This document shows, in pieces, positions 50,922 through 61,238 of a DNA stretch of 64,000 nucleotides. The notes beneath the pieces were generated by a model. The model was not told where the DNA came from, ran no database searches, and saw only the letters and a list, made by a program, of their open reading frames with translations. The position numbers and the translations under genes are program-made. The DNA is from a bacterium (GTDB taxonomy: Bacteria; RBG-13-61-14; DATKZS01), in NCBI GenBank assembly GCA_963674965.2, contig CAXXFL010000002.1:96001-160000 (forward strand), written 5' to 3'. The number at the start of each line of letters is the position of its first letter. Positions within the stretch are counted from its first letter, which is position 1.

Positions 50922-52066
50922 TTTCCCGAGGCCCTGGAGGTCTTGGTTTTGATTTTACGCCCTTTTGGAGATTTCCCGCGGGCCTGGGCCAATGAAACGG
51001 CACGCTCCATCAGGTCGCCCTCGTTGGTGAAGTCTCCTTGCCCCAGCCTTTCCTTGAATTGATCTAACTTCTCCCACACGCGCTCGGGTTCCAGTTCCTT
51101 CATGCAGGCGTGGGTATCGAGGGGACAGTACCTTTGATTGCAGGGCCTGCATTCAAGCTCATCCCTTCCGAATGACAGGTGCCTTCCGATGGGCGTCCAG
51201 GCGTCCCCCGTCGGTCCCATGACCGCGAAGGTGGGAAGGCCCCTGGCGGCGGCTATATGGCGCGGGCCACCGTCCGTGCCGACCCATAAGTCGGCCCTCG
51301 AGTAAAGGGCGGCAAGCTCGTGGAGGTCCGTCCTCGGCGCCAGGAGGAGAGGGGCCTGGGATTTCCCGATCAGCTCCCGGGCTTCATCCTCCCGGCCCGG
51401 GCCCCAGCATATTATTACCGAGGCGTTCCACCTCTCGGTCATCCACGCCGCGAGCCTGGCGTGATACTCCGCCGGGTAGGTCAGGACCGGCCACTTGGGA
51501 AAAGGCTCATGGCAAACTACCGGGCCCCTCGCGCCCAGTCCCGCCCCTTCGAGCCACTCGTGGATGTAATCCTTGGCCCGCTCGGGCACGGCCATCTCGA
51601 GGTCGGCCGACTCTCCCTCGATCCCCAGCGGCTTCAAAAGGGAGAGCTTTCGCGAGGCCGCGAATATTCCCTCCGGCTGGACGGCGACCTTGTAAAAGCC
51701 GCTCCTTCGCCCTCCCGCGAAGCTTATGGTGCAGCGGGCCCCGGACAGCCGGGTCAGAAGCGAGGTCCGAGGATTGGCCAGGAAATCGACGACAAGGTCG
51801 AATTTTTTCGCCCGGACCCGCGCTATGGTCTTCACGGGCTCGAGGAAACCCTCCTTGGGGTCCCTGATGATTATCTCGTCGATATAGGGGTTGCCCTGGA
51901 GGACCTTGGCCGAGAGTGGCTCGGATAAAAAGGAAAGCCGGGCCTCGGGATAGCGTTTTTTGAGCGCCCGAACCGACGGCGTGGTCATCAGCGTGTCGCC
52001 TATTTGCCTTAGCTGGATGACCAGAATTCTATCGGGCCGAAAGTCTGGAGGTATCCTATTGTCCAT
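50906..52066 (-). CDS. Glycosyltransferase family 9
   Basis: IQLRQIGDTLMTTP, GTDGGPRHIAAA, CRPC..CP...CM. Confidence 0.9.
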   Translation of the reverse strand: MDNRIPPDFRPDRILVIQLRQIGDTLMTTPSVRALKKRYPEARLSFLSEPLSAKVLQGNPYIDEIIIRDPKEGFLEPVKTIARVRAKKFDLVVDFLANPRTSLLTRLSGARCTISFAGGRRSGFYKVAVQPEGIFAASRKLSLLKPLGIEGESADLEMAVPERAKDYIHEWLEGAGLGARGPVVCHEPFPKWPVLTYPAEYHARLAAWMTERWNASVIICWGPGREDEARELIGKSQAPLLLAPRTDLHELAALYSRADLWVGTDGGPRHIAAARGLPTFAVMGPTGDAWTPIGRHLSFGRDELECRPCNQRYCPLDTHACMKELEPERVWEKLDQFKERLGQGDFTNEGDLMERAVSLAQARGKSPKGRKIKTKTSRASGKWRAK

Positions 52067-52341
52067 GGGCGATAAATTTTAGCAGAACTTTGGCCCGCTT
52101 TCATCCGCGCCGGCCCAGGCGTTTTGGGAGGAACCATCTTTCACGAGGCGAGCCAAATCATGACCGATCTTGTATGCAACGATGCGGGCTTTTACTAGAG
52201 GCCCTATCGCGTTATCATGCCGGGATAGATGCGCCCCGTTTGATTTCGGCGGGAATCTTGTTTAATTGTAATAAAGGCCGGATGGTAATGATAAAGCCCT
52301 TGGACGTTAAGATGGCCTTGTCAAGGGCGGGGGAATTGGCG

Positions 52342-52950
52342 ATGAAAAAAATTATCTTTTTAATTCTGCTTTCGCTCGTTTTCGCTGGGTGCGACCCCTA
52401 TAAAAAGGGTCACGACCACCTGAACAATGGGGAATACGAGCTGGCGGCGGAGTTTTTCCTGAAGAAGGTGGAGGAAAACCCGGAGGATCCTCGGGCGCAC
52501 AACGAGCTGGGTTACTCCTATGCCCGCCTTAAAATGTATGACGACGCGATCAAGGAATACAACCAGGCGCTGATCCTGGACCCGAACTATTTCGAGGCCG
52601 AGCTTAACCTGGGCACGGCCTCGCTAAAGCTTTTCAGGTATTACGCGGCCATCGAGCACCTGTCCAGGGCCGCGGAGCTCGATCCCAAGAGCGAGGCCGC
52701 CCACGCCAACCTGGCCTGGGCCTATTACTATATCGACGAGTTCGACGAGGCCAGGGAGCACACGGACGCGGCCGAGAAGCTGTCCAGCGGCGGCGCCAAC
52801 TACTCGATCATCCGGGAAAAGATCGACTTTAAGATCGAGAGGAAGAAAAAGGAGGACGCGGCGAAAAAAGCTTGGGAAGAGCAGAACAAGCAAAACGCCG
52901 CGCCCGAGGAAGGGACCGCCGGGGGCGACGCTATCGATCCATCTCCTTGA
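52342..52950 (+). CDS. TPR-repeat lipoprotein
   Basis: MKKII..FAGC lipobox; AHNELGYSY..A..LDP TPR pattern. Confidence 0.85.
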   Translation: MKKIIFLILLSLVFAGCDPYKKGHDHLNNGEYELAAEFFLKKVEENPEDPRAHNELGYSYARLKMYDDAIKEYNQALILDPNYFEAELNLGTASLKLFRYYAAIEHLSRAAELDPKSEAAHANLAWAYYYIDEFDEAREHTDAAEKLSSGGANYSIIREKIDFKIERKKKEDAAKKAWEEQNKQNAAPEEGTAGGDAIDPSP

Positions 52951-53308
52951 TGAGACCGCCGGGGTAAAACCTTATCTCGGGGTTTCCCGCGTCCCAGTCC
53001 ACAACGACCAGGTCCATTCTGACGGGGGCCTTGGACAGGCGGTACTTGCTCCGAAAAGAATTGGCCGCCATGGTCAGCCGCTCGAGCTTGATAGGGCCGA
53101 GGCCCGCCTCGGGCTGGAAACTCGATCCCTTGCCCCGGCTTCTGACCTCAACCATGCAAAGCGTGTCCCGTTCCCTGGCCACCACGTCTATCTCGCCGTG
53201 GCGGCAGTGGTAATTTCGGGTGATGATTTTCAGGCCGCGTTTTTGTAAGAAGGCGCAGGCCAAGTCCTCGGCCAGGTCGCCCCTTTCCTTGGTAGTGGGA
53301 CCGGTCAT
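52931..53308 (-). CDS. yraN: YraN (UPF0102) family endonuclease-like protein
   Basis: GDLAEDLA.FL..G..I..RNY...GEIDVV..VEVR. Confidence 0.88.
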   Translation of the reverse strand: MTGPTTKERGDLAEDLACAFLQKRGLKIITRNYHCRHGEIDVVARERDTLCMVEVRSRGKGSSFQPEAGLGPIKLERLTMAANSFRSKYRLSKAPVRMDLVVVDWDAGNPEIRFYPGGLIKEMDR

Positions 53309-53820
53309 CTGCCGGATATCTTCATCTCCCGCGCCCGGCTCTTGACGACCCTGTCGATGCGCTTCCTGTCCTCGGCCTTGATCCGGTTGAAGACCACGGC
53401 CATGCCGCTGAGGGAACCCTTCTCCGAGGCCTCGCCCAAGGGCGTCGACTGTACCACCTTGCCCTTGGTCTTGACCGTCTTTTCCTCGTCGGGAAGAAAA
53501 AGCTCGACCAGGACCTCGGTCTTGACCGGCGGAGGGTCGGCGAACTTGATGAACACGCCCTTTTGGCTGAGAGTGTACGAGACGCCTTTATACTCGTTGC
53601 TTCCCACGGTGAACTTGACGTCCACGGCAACGGGGGCCCTTACGTGCTTGCGGGTGCTTTCGTATTCCCCCGCGTAGAGTATCTCGTTGATCTTGAAAAG
53701 CGCCTCCTCGGCTGACTTGGAACCCTGGATGTATTCCTGAATCCATTGGCCCGGATCGCCCGCCTTGGCGCGACGGCCGCTCTTCGAGGTGTCCTCGATT
53801 TCGTTTTTAGACCTGCCCAT
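53305..53820 (-). CDS. PilZ-domain protein
   Basis: RKHVR (RxxxR), LSQKGVFI, GMAVVF. Confidence 0.8.
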   Translation of the reverse strand: MGRSKNEIEDTSKSGRRAKAGDPGQWIQEYIQGSKSAEEALFKINEILYAGEYESTRKHVRAPVAVDVKFTVGSNEYKGVSYTLSQKGVFIKFADPPPVKTEVLVELFLPDEEKTVKTKGKVVQSTPLGEASEKGSLSGMAVVFNRIKAEDRKRIDRVVKSRAREMKISGR

Positions 53821-54027
53821 TTTCCTCTCCGCCCCGGTGGAGATATATCTATCTCGCTTGACCACTCGAAAGTGGCGCGTTGATTCCCAGCGTCATATTG
53901 CCTTGATGATTTTCGCGCTTTGCCCGCGTGTGCTTATAACATTATACATTCCGCCGGGAATGGAGGCAACAGGAAAGACAAAATTTTAACGCGCGTATAC
54001 ACGGACCCCTTGCCGGCCCCGGCGGCC

Positions 54028-54891
54028 CTACTTTCCTCCCAGGACGTTCATTATCGCGTTGGCCGCCTTGTCGGTGATAAAGGGTGGAAAAGTGGAGTGC
54101 CACAGGATCAGTGCCCAGGCCTCGAGACCTACCACGTATCTGGCCCGCGGCCGGCGGGATGAGAGGGCGTGACAGACCGCTCGGGACACTCGCTCCGGCG
54201 GTATGGCCGTCTTGTCCACGTTGGAGGTGACCCTGGCCATGGCCCGCAGCCGGCGGCCGTAAATCTTGACGGCCTCCGCGGGAAGGTCCTTCTTAAGGCC
54301 CTCGGCGGAGTCGGCGGTCTTGTCCCAGATCGGGGTCTTGATCGAAGCCGGCTCGATGATCGAGACCCGGACGCCGGATGGAGCCAGCTCGATCCTGAAG
54401 GCGTTGGCCACGGCCTCGAGGGCGTGCTTGGAGGCGCTGTAAGGACCGACGAAGGGCAGGGTGAAGCGCCCGCTCTCGGATCCCATGAATACTATACGGC
54501 CCCGCGCCCTCCGGATGAGGGGCAAAAACGCCTGGGTCACCGCCAGTTGCCCGTTCACGTTCACCCGCATCTGGGCCTCGAAGTCCTGGAAGCGCACGTA
54601 CTCGAGGGGACCAGCCACGGCTATGCCCGCGTTGTTCACCAGTCCATAAAGGCCCGCGCCCTCCAGTGCCTCGCCCACCATCCCGGCCGCCCGCGCCACG
54701 CCCTCCAGGTCGGTCACGTCCACGATCACCGGCGTCAGCCGCTCCGAGGCCTCGGACTTAAGAGACTCGGCGTCGGACTCCTTGCGAACTCCCGCGAAAA
54801 CCTGGTAACCCTTGCGGTCGAGCTCCAGGGCGCAGGTCCGGCCTATGCCCGTCGAGGCGCCCGTTATCATCACGCTCTTTTTTGGGTCCAT
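54028..54891 (-). CDS. Short-chain dehydrogenase/reductase
   Basis: TGASTGIG, NNAG, YSASK. Confidence 0.93.
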   Translation of the reverse strand: MDPKKSVMITGASTGIGRTCALELDRKGYQVFAGVRKESDAESLKSEASERLTPVIVDVTDLEGVARAAGMVGEALEGAGLYGLVNNAGIAVAGPLEYVRFQDFEAQMRVNVNGQLAVTQAFLPLIRRARGRIVFMGSESGRFTLPFVGPYSASKHALEAVANAFRIELAPSGVRVSIIEPASIKTPIWDKTADSAEGLKKDLPAEAVKIYGRRLRAMARVTSNVDKTAIPPERVSRAVCHALSSRRPRARYVVGLEAWALILWHSTFPPFITDKAANAIMNVLGGK

Positions 54892-54958
54892 CTTGATGGG
54901 GTCCTCCCTTCCATATCGAGACTCAAGGGAACGTCACTGGCGTCCCTTCCGCGGAAGT

Positions 54959-55813
54959 CTATTCCGCCACGCCCATCCCCTTGAGTTCTTCCCACGCGGC
55001 GGGGCAATGGGCGGGTACTATTATTACCTCAGGGCGCTCGAGATGGAAATCGCGGACCGTCTCGAGCGTCTTAAGGTAATCCGTTTTCGAGGCCAATATG
55101 GTCCGGGCCAGGACGGAGGGCGGCCTGAGATCAAGGTAGTTCTCCCGCACCCAGGCCGCGTCGCCGATGAAAAAGAACCGGCGCCCGTCAGCCATGTTGG
55201 CTAGAAGTCCCATCTGTCCCGCCGTATGGCCGGGCAGGGGCACGAGTATCATCGAGCCGTCGCCGAACAAATCCGCGGCCCGCCTGAAGGGTCCATAGGT
55301 TGAGCCCCGGTCCTCGAGGTCGATGGTCTCTATTTCATTGGGAAGGCCGTCATAGAGGGATTTAAGATAGCCTCTGGTGAAGAGCTTGAGCGCCGGTCCC
55401 TGCATGGCCTCCCACTCGGACGCGCTTACCACCACCTTGGCGCGGGGGAAGGCCCATATGCCCGGAACGTGGTCCACGTGCCCATGGCCGAGGATGATGG
55501 TATCCACCTCGTCCGCCGCTACGCCGGCCCTCTCCAACTGGCGGCCGGCGTTTTGCTCGTCCGAAATCTCGGCGGGCGTTATGTACCGCATAATCCGGTA
55601 GGGGAAGCGCCGGGTTGCCTCGTAAAAGCTGGTATTATACCCCGTGTCGTAAAGGGTCACCCCTCCCGGCCGCCTGAACATGGCGAACAGGGCCGGCATG
55701 CGTATGCTCCGGCTCGGCCCGCCTGAGAGGACCACCTTTTCATTGGCGGGCACCCATCCGGAATTAAAAACCCTGATCTCCATCTCGGGAAGATCGCCTG
55801 GATCGGGAAGCAT
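54959..55813 (-). CDS. Metallo-beta-lactamase-fold hydrolase
   Basis: YDTG, HGHVDH, PGHT.G, GDA. Confidence 0.9.
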   Translation of the reverse strand: MLPDPGDLPEMEIRVFNSGWVPANEKVVLSGGPSRSIRMPALFAMFRRPGGVTLYDTGYNTSFYEATRRFPYRIMRYITPAEISDEQNAGRQLERAGVAADEVDTIILGHGHVDHVPGIWAFPRAKVVVSASEWEAMQGPALKLFTRGYLKSLYDGLPNEIETIDLEDRGSTYGPFRRAADLFGDGSMILVPLPGHTAGQMGLLANMADGRRFFFIGDAAWVRENYLDLRPPSVLARTILASKTDYLKTLETVRDFHLERPEVIIVPAHCPAAWEELKGMGVAE

Positions 55814-55835
55814 GGGACCTCCTTGTCACGTCTCG

Positions 55836-57488
55836 CTAATGAGGCTCGGGGCTGATCTTATAGGGAAAAAACCTGAACAGGGCCTCGCCATCAAGGCCAT
55901 AGACAATGACCACGTCAGGACCGACCCCGTCCACCTCGGAGCCGCCGTATTTAAGGAGATGGTCCAGAAGAATCAACCGCCCCGCCGTTTCGGGATTCGA
56001 CACCACCACCGCCGCCGGCTCTTTGGAGGTGACGGCCCCGTTAACCCTGGCCACGTACTCCGGGTACCTGTCGTCGGGGTTCTGGGAGCGGGCAATAATC
56101 GTTTCCTCGCTCGCCATCATCAGGTTCCATTTAAATTCGGCGTCGGCGGAAAAAACGTGGCTCACCCCATGTTCGCGAAGGGACTTTATCGCGGCTTGAA
56201 GCGAATCGATATAAACCCCCTCCGGGTCCCTGGGGTTGTAAACCTTTTCATTGCCGTACTCGGCCAGTCCGGGCAGGAGTCCGGTAACGGACAATACCGC
56301 GGCCAACCCGATGGCCGCGCTTTTTCTTCTTTCCATGATGGCTGAAATTTGCCCGGCCATCAGTAAAGTTGAAAGAGGGTAGAACGCCAGAAGATGCCGC
56401 GGGACCATCCACTTTGGCGCCGCGAGGATTAAAAAGACCAGGGTCCCTATCATGGCGAACATAATGAAGAACATGGTAGGGAAGGCGTGGTATTCGGCGT
56501 CATTTTTGTTCCCGGTTTTTTCCTTTTCGCGGTTTTTAAAGGATATGATCGACTCCCTTGCCTGGAGGACCAGCGTGAACGAGAAGAAAAAAAACCAGGT
56601 TATGGAGGAAACCCAAAACGCCGCGGACCTGATTCCGCCCGGCCTTGGTTGGCTGAGGAGGCCGAAGTCCTGATGGGGGGCGAAAATACCGGCCGCCGTC
56701 GAGATGAGCCTGGAAAAATCGGGCAAGAATCCTTGTCCCGGATCAAAGGCCGGCCCTAAAAGGCTCGCGGCCTGCCCGCGTCCTATCAGAAAAAAAATCA
56801 ATAGCGTCGATAAGGAGACCGAGCAGATGACGATCGTCTGGACGGTCATTTTATTTTTTTTGTAGACGTAGATAGACGTCAATATGAGGGCGAGGCTCGC
56901 GGCCAGCGTAATGGGCTGAAGCAAGGCCGAACACGCGGCCAGCGCTCCTCCCCCCGCCGGGAGCAGCCAGTCCCGCGGGCGCGAGCGACTCTGGCCAAAA
57001 GAAGAAAAAAGGACCCAGAACGCGGCCATCAAAAAGGCCAGGCTGGTTATATGCCCTCCCCTCAGCTTCATGGACCAGAGAGCCATTTGCGGCGCCGAGC
57101 AAAAAAGCGCCAGGGCAAGCCAGCCGGCCCGGCGGCCCATACTCGCTCGGGCGGCCCCGAAAGTAACGATCGCCGCCAGGGACCAGATAAAAAGGCCGAG
57201 GTATTTGACGGCCTCGCTTTTATTGGCAACGAGGCCGTAGAGGACCGAAAGCAGAAGGGCCTCGAGGCCGGCTCCCGCTCCATAATTCTGTCCGTAGAAA
57301 TACAGAGGACAGCCTTTGCCTTGCGCAACGTGCATGGCCATAAGCCCGACCACGCATTCATCCGCGTCGGGAGCGGCGCGGCCGCTTGATATTAGATAGG
57401 CCCTGAAAGCCAGAACGGACAAAAAGACGATGATCCCCGCGGCCGGGAGGAAAATATCAAAACTCTTTGGCCCTTGACCGGCGTTCAT
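55836..57488 (-). CDS. Polytopic membrane protein, GT-C (ArnT/PMT-like) glycosyltransferase
   Basis: DADECVVGLMA..YFYGQNY; multiple TM segments. Confidence 0.7.
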   Translation of the reverse strand: MNAGQGPKSFDIFLPAAGIIVFLSVLAFRAYLISSGRAAPDADECVVGLMAMHVAQGKGCPLYFYGQNYGAGAGLEALLLSVLYGLVANKSEAVKYLGLFIWSLAAIVTFGAARASMGRRAGWLALALFCSAPQMALWSMKLRGGHITSLAFLMAAFWVLFSSFGQSRSRPRDWLLPAGGGALAACSALLQPITLAASLALILTSIYVYKKNKMTVQTIVICSVSLSTLLIFFLIGRGQAASLLGPAFDPGQGFLPDFSRLISTAAGIFAPHQDFGLLSQPRPGGIRSAAFWVSSITWFFFFSFTLVLQARESIISFKNREKEKTGNKNDAEYHAFPTMFFIMFAMIGTLVFLILAAPKWMVPRHLLAFYPLSTLLMAGQISAIMERRKSAAIGLAAVLSVTGLLPGLAEYGNEKVYNPRDPEGVYIDSLQAAIKSLREHGVSHVFSADAEFKWNLMMASEETIIARSQNPDDRYPEYVARVNGAVTSKEPAAVVVSNPETAGRLILLDHLLKYGGSEVDGVGPDVVIVYGLDGEALFRFFPYKISPEPH

Positions 57489-57936
57489 TCAGGTCTCCGT
57501 CCAGCGTTAAGGGCCGCAAGCCCGGCCGGTATCGCCCAAGTAAGCGAGGCGCCATTAACAAGGTAACGTTTGTTTTGTCCATGCCGGAGCTTTGCCCCCT
57601 CATTCCGATGGATATGTACTCGCGGGATAGATTTCATCATTTTTATTAAGGCAATATACTTGATGAGCTTTTTCGATTCAAGACGCCCTAGTGATGAAGA
57701 GCGCAAGTCGCCCATCCCTCAGGCGTCCATTATGGATCGGGCAACCCGCTTTCAAGTATTGTATCAGCGCGTCGATCTCGCCATTTACGGAGGTCTTCTC
57801 GCCGTGTCTTCGAACCTTAACTAATTAAATCACTCGGGCCAGGGATTTTGGACGCGAAGAGCCGCCCGCGCCTTAAGCCCGGGTCCGAACGTTGAGGGCT
57901 GAAAAAAAATTCTTCCTCGCCGCCTGGTCCTCCGCG

Positions 57937-59124
57937 TCAATCGTCGGCGAAGTAAGTGGTCCCCGCTCTCCAGTCGTAGGAGCCCGAGACCGAGTCGTCG
58001 TAGCCGCCGCTGACGGTCGAGTAGTCTCCGTCGGCCTCGTTGGAATAGCCGCCGGTGACGGTGGCGTAATCTCCTCTCGCGAAGTTGTACACGCCGCCGC
58101 TGATGCTGGCGAAGGGGGCGGTGGAGGTTACCTGGTTCGAGTAACCGCCGCTGACGCTCGATCCCGAGGCGTTGGCCTGGTTGCCGGAGCCCCCGCTCAC
58201 GCTGGAGAGCTGGGCGTTGGCCTGGTTGCTGGTCCCACCCGTGACGCTGGAGTAGGCGCCGTAAATTCCGTTGCCCAGTCCTGCCACCAGGCCGCCGTAG
58301 GATGAATAGCCGTGACCCGTTCCAACCACGACGTTGTGAGACCCGGTCCGGGAATAGCCGTAGGAGTTCTCGTTGTAGCCCACGATCAGGTTTCCGCGTC
58401 CGTTGACCGCGCCGTTGGTCGTGCCCGATCCGCTTCGGACGTGGAAGTTGACGCCCGTGTAATAAACGTCAATCACGGTCTGGCCGGAAAGGGAGACCGT
58501 GACCGGACTCAGCTTTTCCTCGTTGGCGTCAATTCGCGCGTCAAGCGCCGCGACCGCGTCCGAGTTGGCGGTGATGTCCCCGGCGTTGGCTAAGATATCG
58601 GCCTCGTTGTCCTGGATGGCGTCCTCATTGTCGGTCACCCTCGCCGACAGCGCGTCGATTTGGGACTGCATGGCCGCGAGAAGGGCGTCCACCTCCGTCC
58701 GGGTGTAAAGCTCGCCGGCCTCGACCCCGCCCAGGGCCGCGGCGTTAAGAGCGAAGGGGACCGAGGTGACGCGGCGGCGGGGAAGCAGCACCTCACCCTC
58801 GACGCTGACCTCGAGGTAGACGGTGGTCCCCGTCAGTACCGAGGGGTTGATGGGGTTCACGCCGCCCAGGATAACGCTGTATATGCCGTTCTGGAGTGGA
58901 ACGGAGGTTACCGTCTCGCTCCAGAGCGCCGAGGCGGAAGACGTGTCGCCGTCGCGCATGACGAAGCGCATCTGGACCGTGCCGCCCGAGAGCGCGACTC
59001 CCGCGTCGTCGGTAATCCTTCCCTGATAGCTGATTAGAGGAGGCGCCGATTGCGCCATGGCCGCGAAGCCTGTTAACAGGGCGAGAAAAAGCGTGGCTGC
59101 CTGGATTTGACCTTTTCTTCTCAT
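57937..59124 (-). CDS. Secreted fibre/adhesin-like protein: YQG N-terminal domain, coiled coil, SVSGG-N-A repeats
   Basis: PPLISYQGRITD..PR..VTSVPFA; heptads; GNLIVGYNE; (S/A)(S/T)VSGG repeats. Confidence 0.8.
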   Translation of the reverse strand: MRRKGQIQAATLFLALLTGFAAMAQSAPPLISYQGRITDDAGVALSGGTVQMRFVMRDGDTSSASALWSETVTSVPLQNGIYSVILGGVNPINPSVLTGTTVYLEVSVEGEVLLPRRRVTSVPFALNAAALGGVEAGELYTRTEVDALLAAMQSQIDALSARVTDNEDAIQDNEADILANAGDITANSDAVAALDARIDANEEKLSPVTVSLSGQTVIDVYYTGVNFHVRSGSGTTNGAVNGRGNLIVGYNENSYGYSRTGSHNVVVGTGHGYSSYGGLVAGLGNGIYGAYSSVTGGTSNQANAQLSSVSGGSGNQANASGSSVSGGYSNQVTSTAPFASISGGVYNFARGDYATVTGGYSNEADGDYSTVSGGYDDSVSGSYDWRAGTTYFADD

Positions 59125-59421
59125 AGTGCTGACCTCCGTTGCTGATGGTTGTCGGTTACGGGCCCAGGTGAAGCTTGTCCAACCTTAACCAAGACGGTAT
59201 TGAATTGCAAATTGAACCAAATTGCGCAAAAAGGAAAGGGCGGCCCTGGTTGTTTTTCGCCCCGCCTTGCTCGCGCGAATATCGTGCCGATAAATTTAGG
59301 GAAAACCCATTTTTTTCTTGACAATTTTCTCTCATCGTGTATTTTATAATCAGTTAAACGGCCCGGAATTTTTCGACCAACGAGATAGTGACACGCTCTT
59401 TATGCTGAGGAGGAACCTGGG

Positions 59422-59673
59422 ATGCTGAACGCGGAAGCCGTGGCGACGAACGCAGTTGACGAAATCAGACTTGAAGCCCTCTTGGCCGGTCTCAGGCATT
59501 TATGCCTGACCCAGCCGCCCGACAAATACCTTTCAATCCTGGAACAATTCGTGGAAAACGCCCGCAAAAGCGTGGCCATGACGCCCGACCCGCGAGAGCG
59601 GGAGAGGCTTCGCGAGCAATACAGGCGAGTGATCGAGTTCGCGGTGGACATCATATCCAAGCCGCCCAACTGA
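59422..59673 (+). CDS. Small hypothetical protein
   Basis: GAGGAGG RBS; promoter-like TTGACA..TATAAT upstream. Confidence 0.6.
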   Translation: MLNAEAVATNAVDEIRLEALLAGLRHLCLTQPPDKYLSILEQFVENARKSVAMTPDPRERERLREQYRRVIEFAVDIISKPPN

Positions 59674-59741
59674 TCCGCGCTTTATGCTTATTTATTCTCG
59701 CCCACGTGGTGAGGAAGGGGAGTGGTTTATTCCGTCGGCCT

Positions 59742-60425
59742 CTACTCGACCTGGTCGCGATTCCCGATTTTCCGGATCACCCGGGCCGGACGGCCGGCGG
59801 CGAAGGAGTTGTCGGGAACGTCTTTCGTCACCAAGGACCCCGTCCCAATCACGCAATGGTCCCCGATCCTGACCCCTGGAAACACCGTTACATAAGAGGG
59901 CATCCAAACGTGCGAGCCGATGGTGACGGGCGCCGTCTTCACGGGCGGAGAGTCGTTGTCCAGGCGGTGGAGCGATGAGTCCAGGATCATGCATCCCCAG
60001 CCGATCAGGCCGTGCTCGCCCACGGTGATCCGCTCGGAGGCCCCGAAAATACCGCCCGAGAACCAGCAGCGCTCCCCTATCTCGATGGTCGCTCCCGGCT
60101 TGGTCGAAAAGACCGTATGGGAGTCGAAGGTCTGAATCCAGGTTTCCTTCTTCAGCGTGACCTGGCTGTCGGCGCCAAGATTGAACAGCACCTTGTGCGC
60201 GCCCCGGTCGATGGCCACGTCGTCCTCCATTACCACGGCTCCCGTGCCGCTGATGATGATCGACCAGGGATCCACGCGGCAGTTTACGCCCATGCTCAGG
60301 CGGTCACGGTAATGGACCTTCATCCGGGCCGAGCCCAGCTTTTGCCAAAGCCACTGGAGCCGGAGGATTTTTCTCTCGAGGGGAGAATACTCGCCCTTGC
60401 CGAAATTTTGACTTTTATCGCTCAT
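59742..60425 (-). CDS. Hexapeptide-repeat acyltransferase
   Basis: APVTIGSHVW..PGVRIGDHCVIGTGSLVTKDVP..AGRPARVIR. Confidence 0.9.
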   Translation of the reverse strand: MSDKSQNFGKGEYSPLERKILRLQWLWQKLGSARMKVHYRDRLSMGVNCRVDPWSIIISGTGAVVMEDDVAIDRGAHKVLFNLGADSQVTLKKETWIQTFDSHTVFSTKPGATIEIGERCWFSGGIFGASERITVGEHGLIGWGCMILDSSLHRLDNDSPPVKTAPVTIGSHVWMPSYVTVFPGVRIGDHCVIGTGSLVTKDVPDNSFAAGRPARVIRKIGNRDQVE

Positions 60426-60461
60426 GGAACTCGCCCGGAGAATAGGAATATCCAGTGACGG

Positions 60462-61238
60462 CTAGACGGACTTGCCGATAAAGTCCAGTATCCGCATGAC
60501 GCCGCGCGTCTCGCTCAAGTCGGCTAGTATGACCGCGTTTTCGATCAGCCCTTTCGCCTCGGCGATGGGGATAATATCTCTTCCCCGGCCGGTCAGGATC
60601 GGCTCGAGCTCGGGCGCCATGTTGCGGGGAGCGAAGGCGTAATCGGCCTTGGCCAGAAGGGCCAGGTCGTTCATCGAGTCGGCCACCCCGATGGTCTTTT
60701 TGCCCCCCGCCACTAAAAAGAGCCCCTGGTACTTGTCGTATCCGGGCGGCAGGATATCCACCGCCACGCTCGAGTAGGTCACGTGGGCCCGTCCTGAGTA
60801 ATCGCCGCCTTCCACGAAATCCCTGACCTTTTCATAAAAACCTTTGGGGTCGTCGCAAAACATGGAGATGGTGGTGAGTCGGTGGGCGAAGTAATTGATT
60901 TCCCTGAAGCCCTCCTCGCGGATGGCCCGCTCGAGGCCCCGCATGGCCTCGATTTCCTCGGCCGTTGTCAGGACCTTCTCGGTCTCCCAATCAAGGGAAG
61001 CCGAGCAGCCCGTCTCCAGCACGCAGCCTTCCATCTCTCTGATGATGGGCTCGGGTACCTTCCGTTTTACGAAGTCCAGGTCGTTTCCCGTGCACACGAA
61101 CCTGACTAGGCGTCCCCTTAAAGAGGCCAGTCGCGCGGCCACCTCGCTCACAAGCTCGTCCCTTATGATTTCTCCGGGCTCGAGCAGGGTGCCGTGCAAA
61201 TCCAGACCGAGGATGAATCCGGCGTCGCCCTTTACCAT
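60462..61238 (-). CDS. HAD-superfamily (IIB-like) hydrolase
   Basis: LDLHGTL, CTG, DK, ADSMND. Confidence 0.8.
   Translation of the reverse strand: MVKGDAGFILGLDLHGTLLEPGEIIRDELVSEVAARLASLRGRLVRFVCTGNDLDFVKRKVPEPIIREMEGCVLETGCSASLDWETEKVLTTAEEIEAMRGLERAIREEGFREINYFAHRLTTISMFCDDPKGFYEKVRDFVEGGDYSGRAHVTYSSVAVDILPPGYDKYQGLFLVAGGKKTIGVADSMNDLALLAKADYAFAPRNMAPELEPILTGRGRDIIPIAEAKGLIENAVILADLSETRGVMRILDFIGKSV

Noticed and set aside
52090-52341. N-terminal extension of the TPR protein
   Set aside because: The lipoprotein signal starts at ATG 52342; the upstream part is not protein-like
57490-57770. Possible riboswitch or ncRNA (weak c-di-GMP-like words on the minus strand; ATACTTGA..TCAAGTAT long hairpin)
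   Set aside because: Partial resemblance only; cannot be supported without a covariance search
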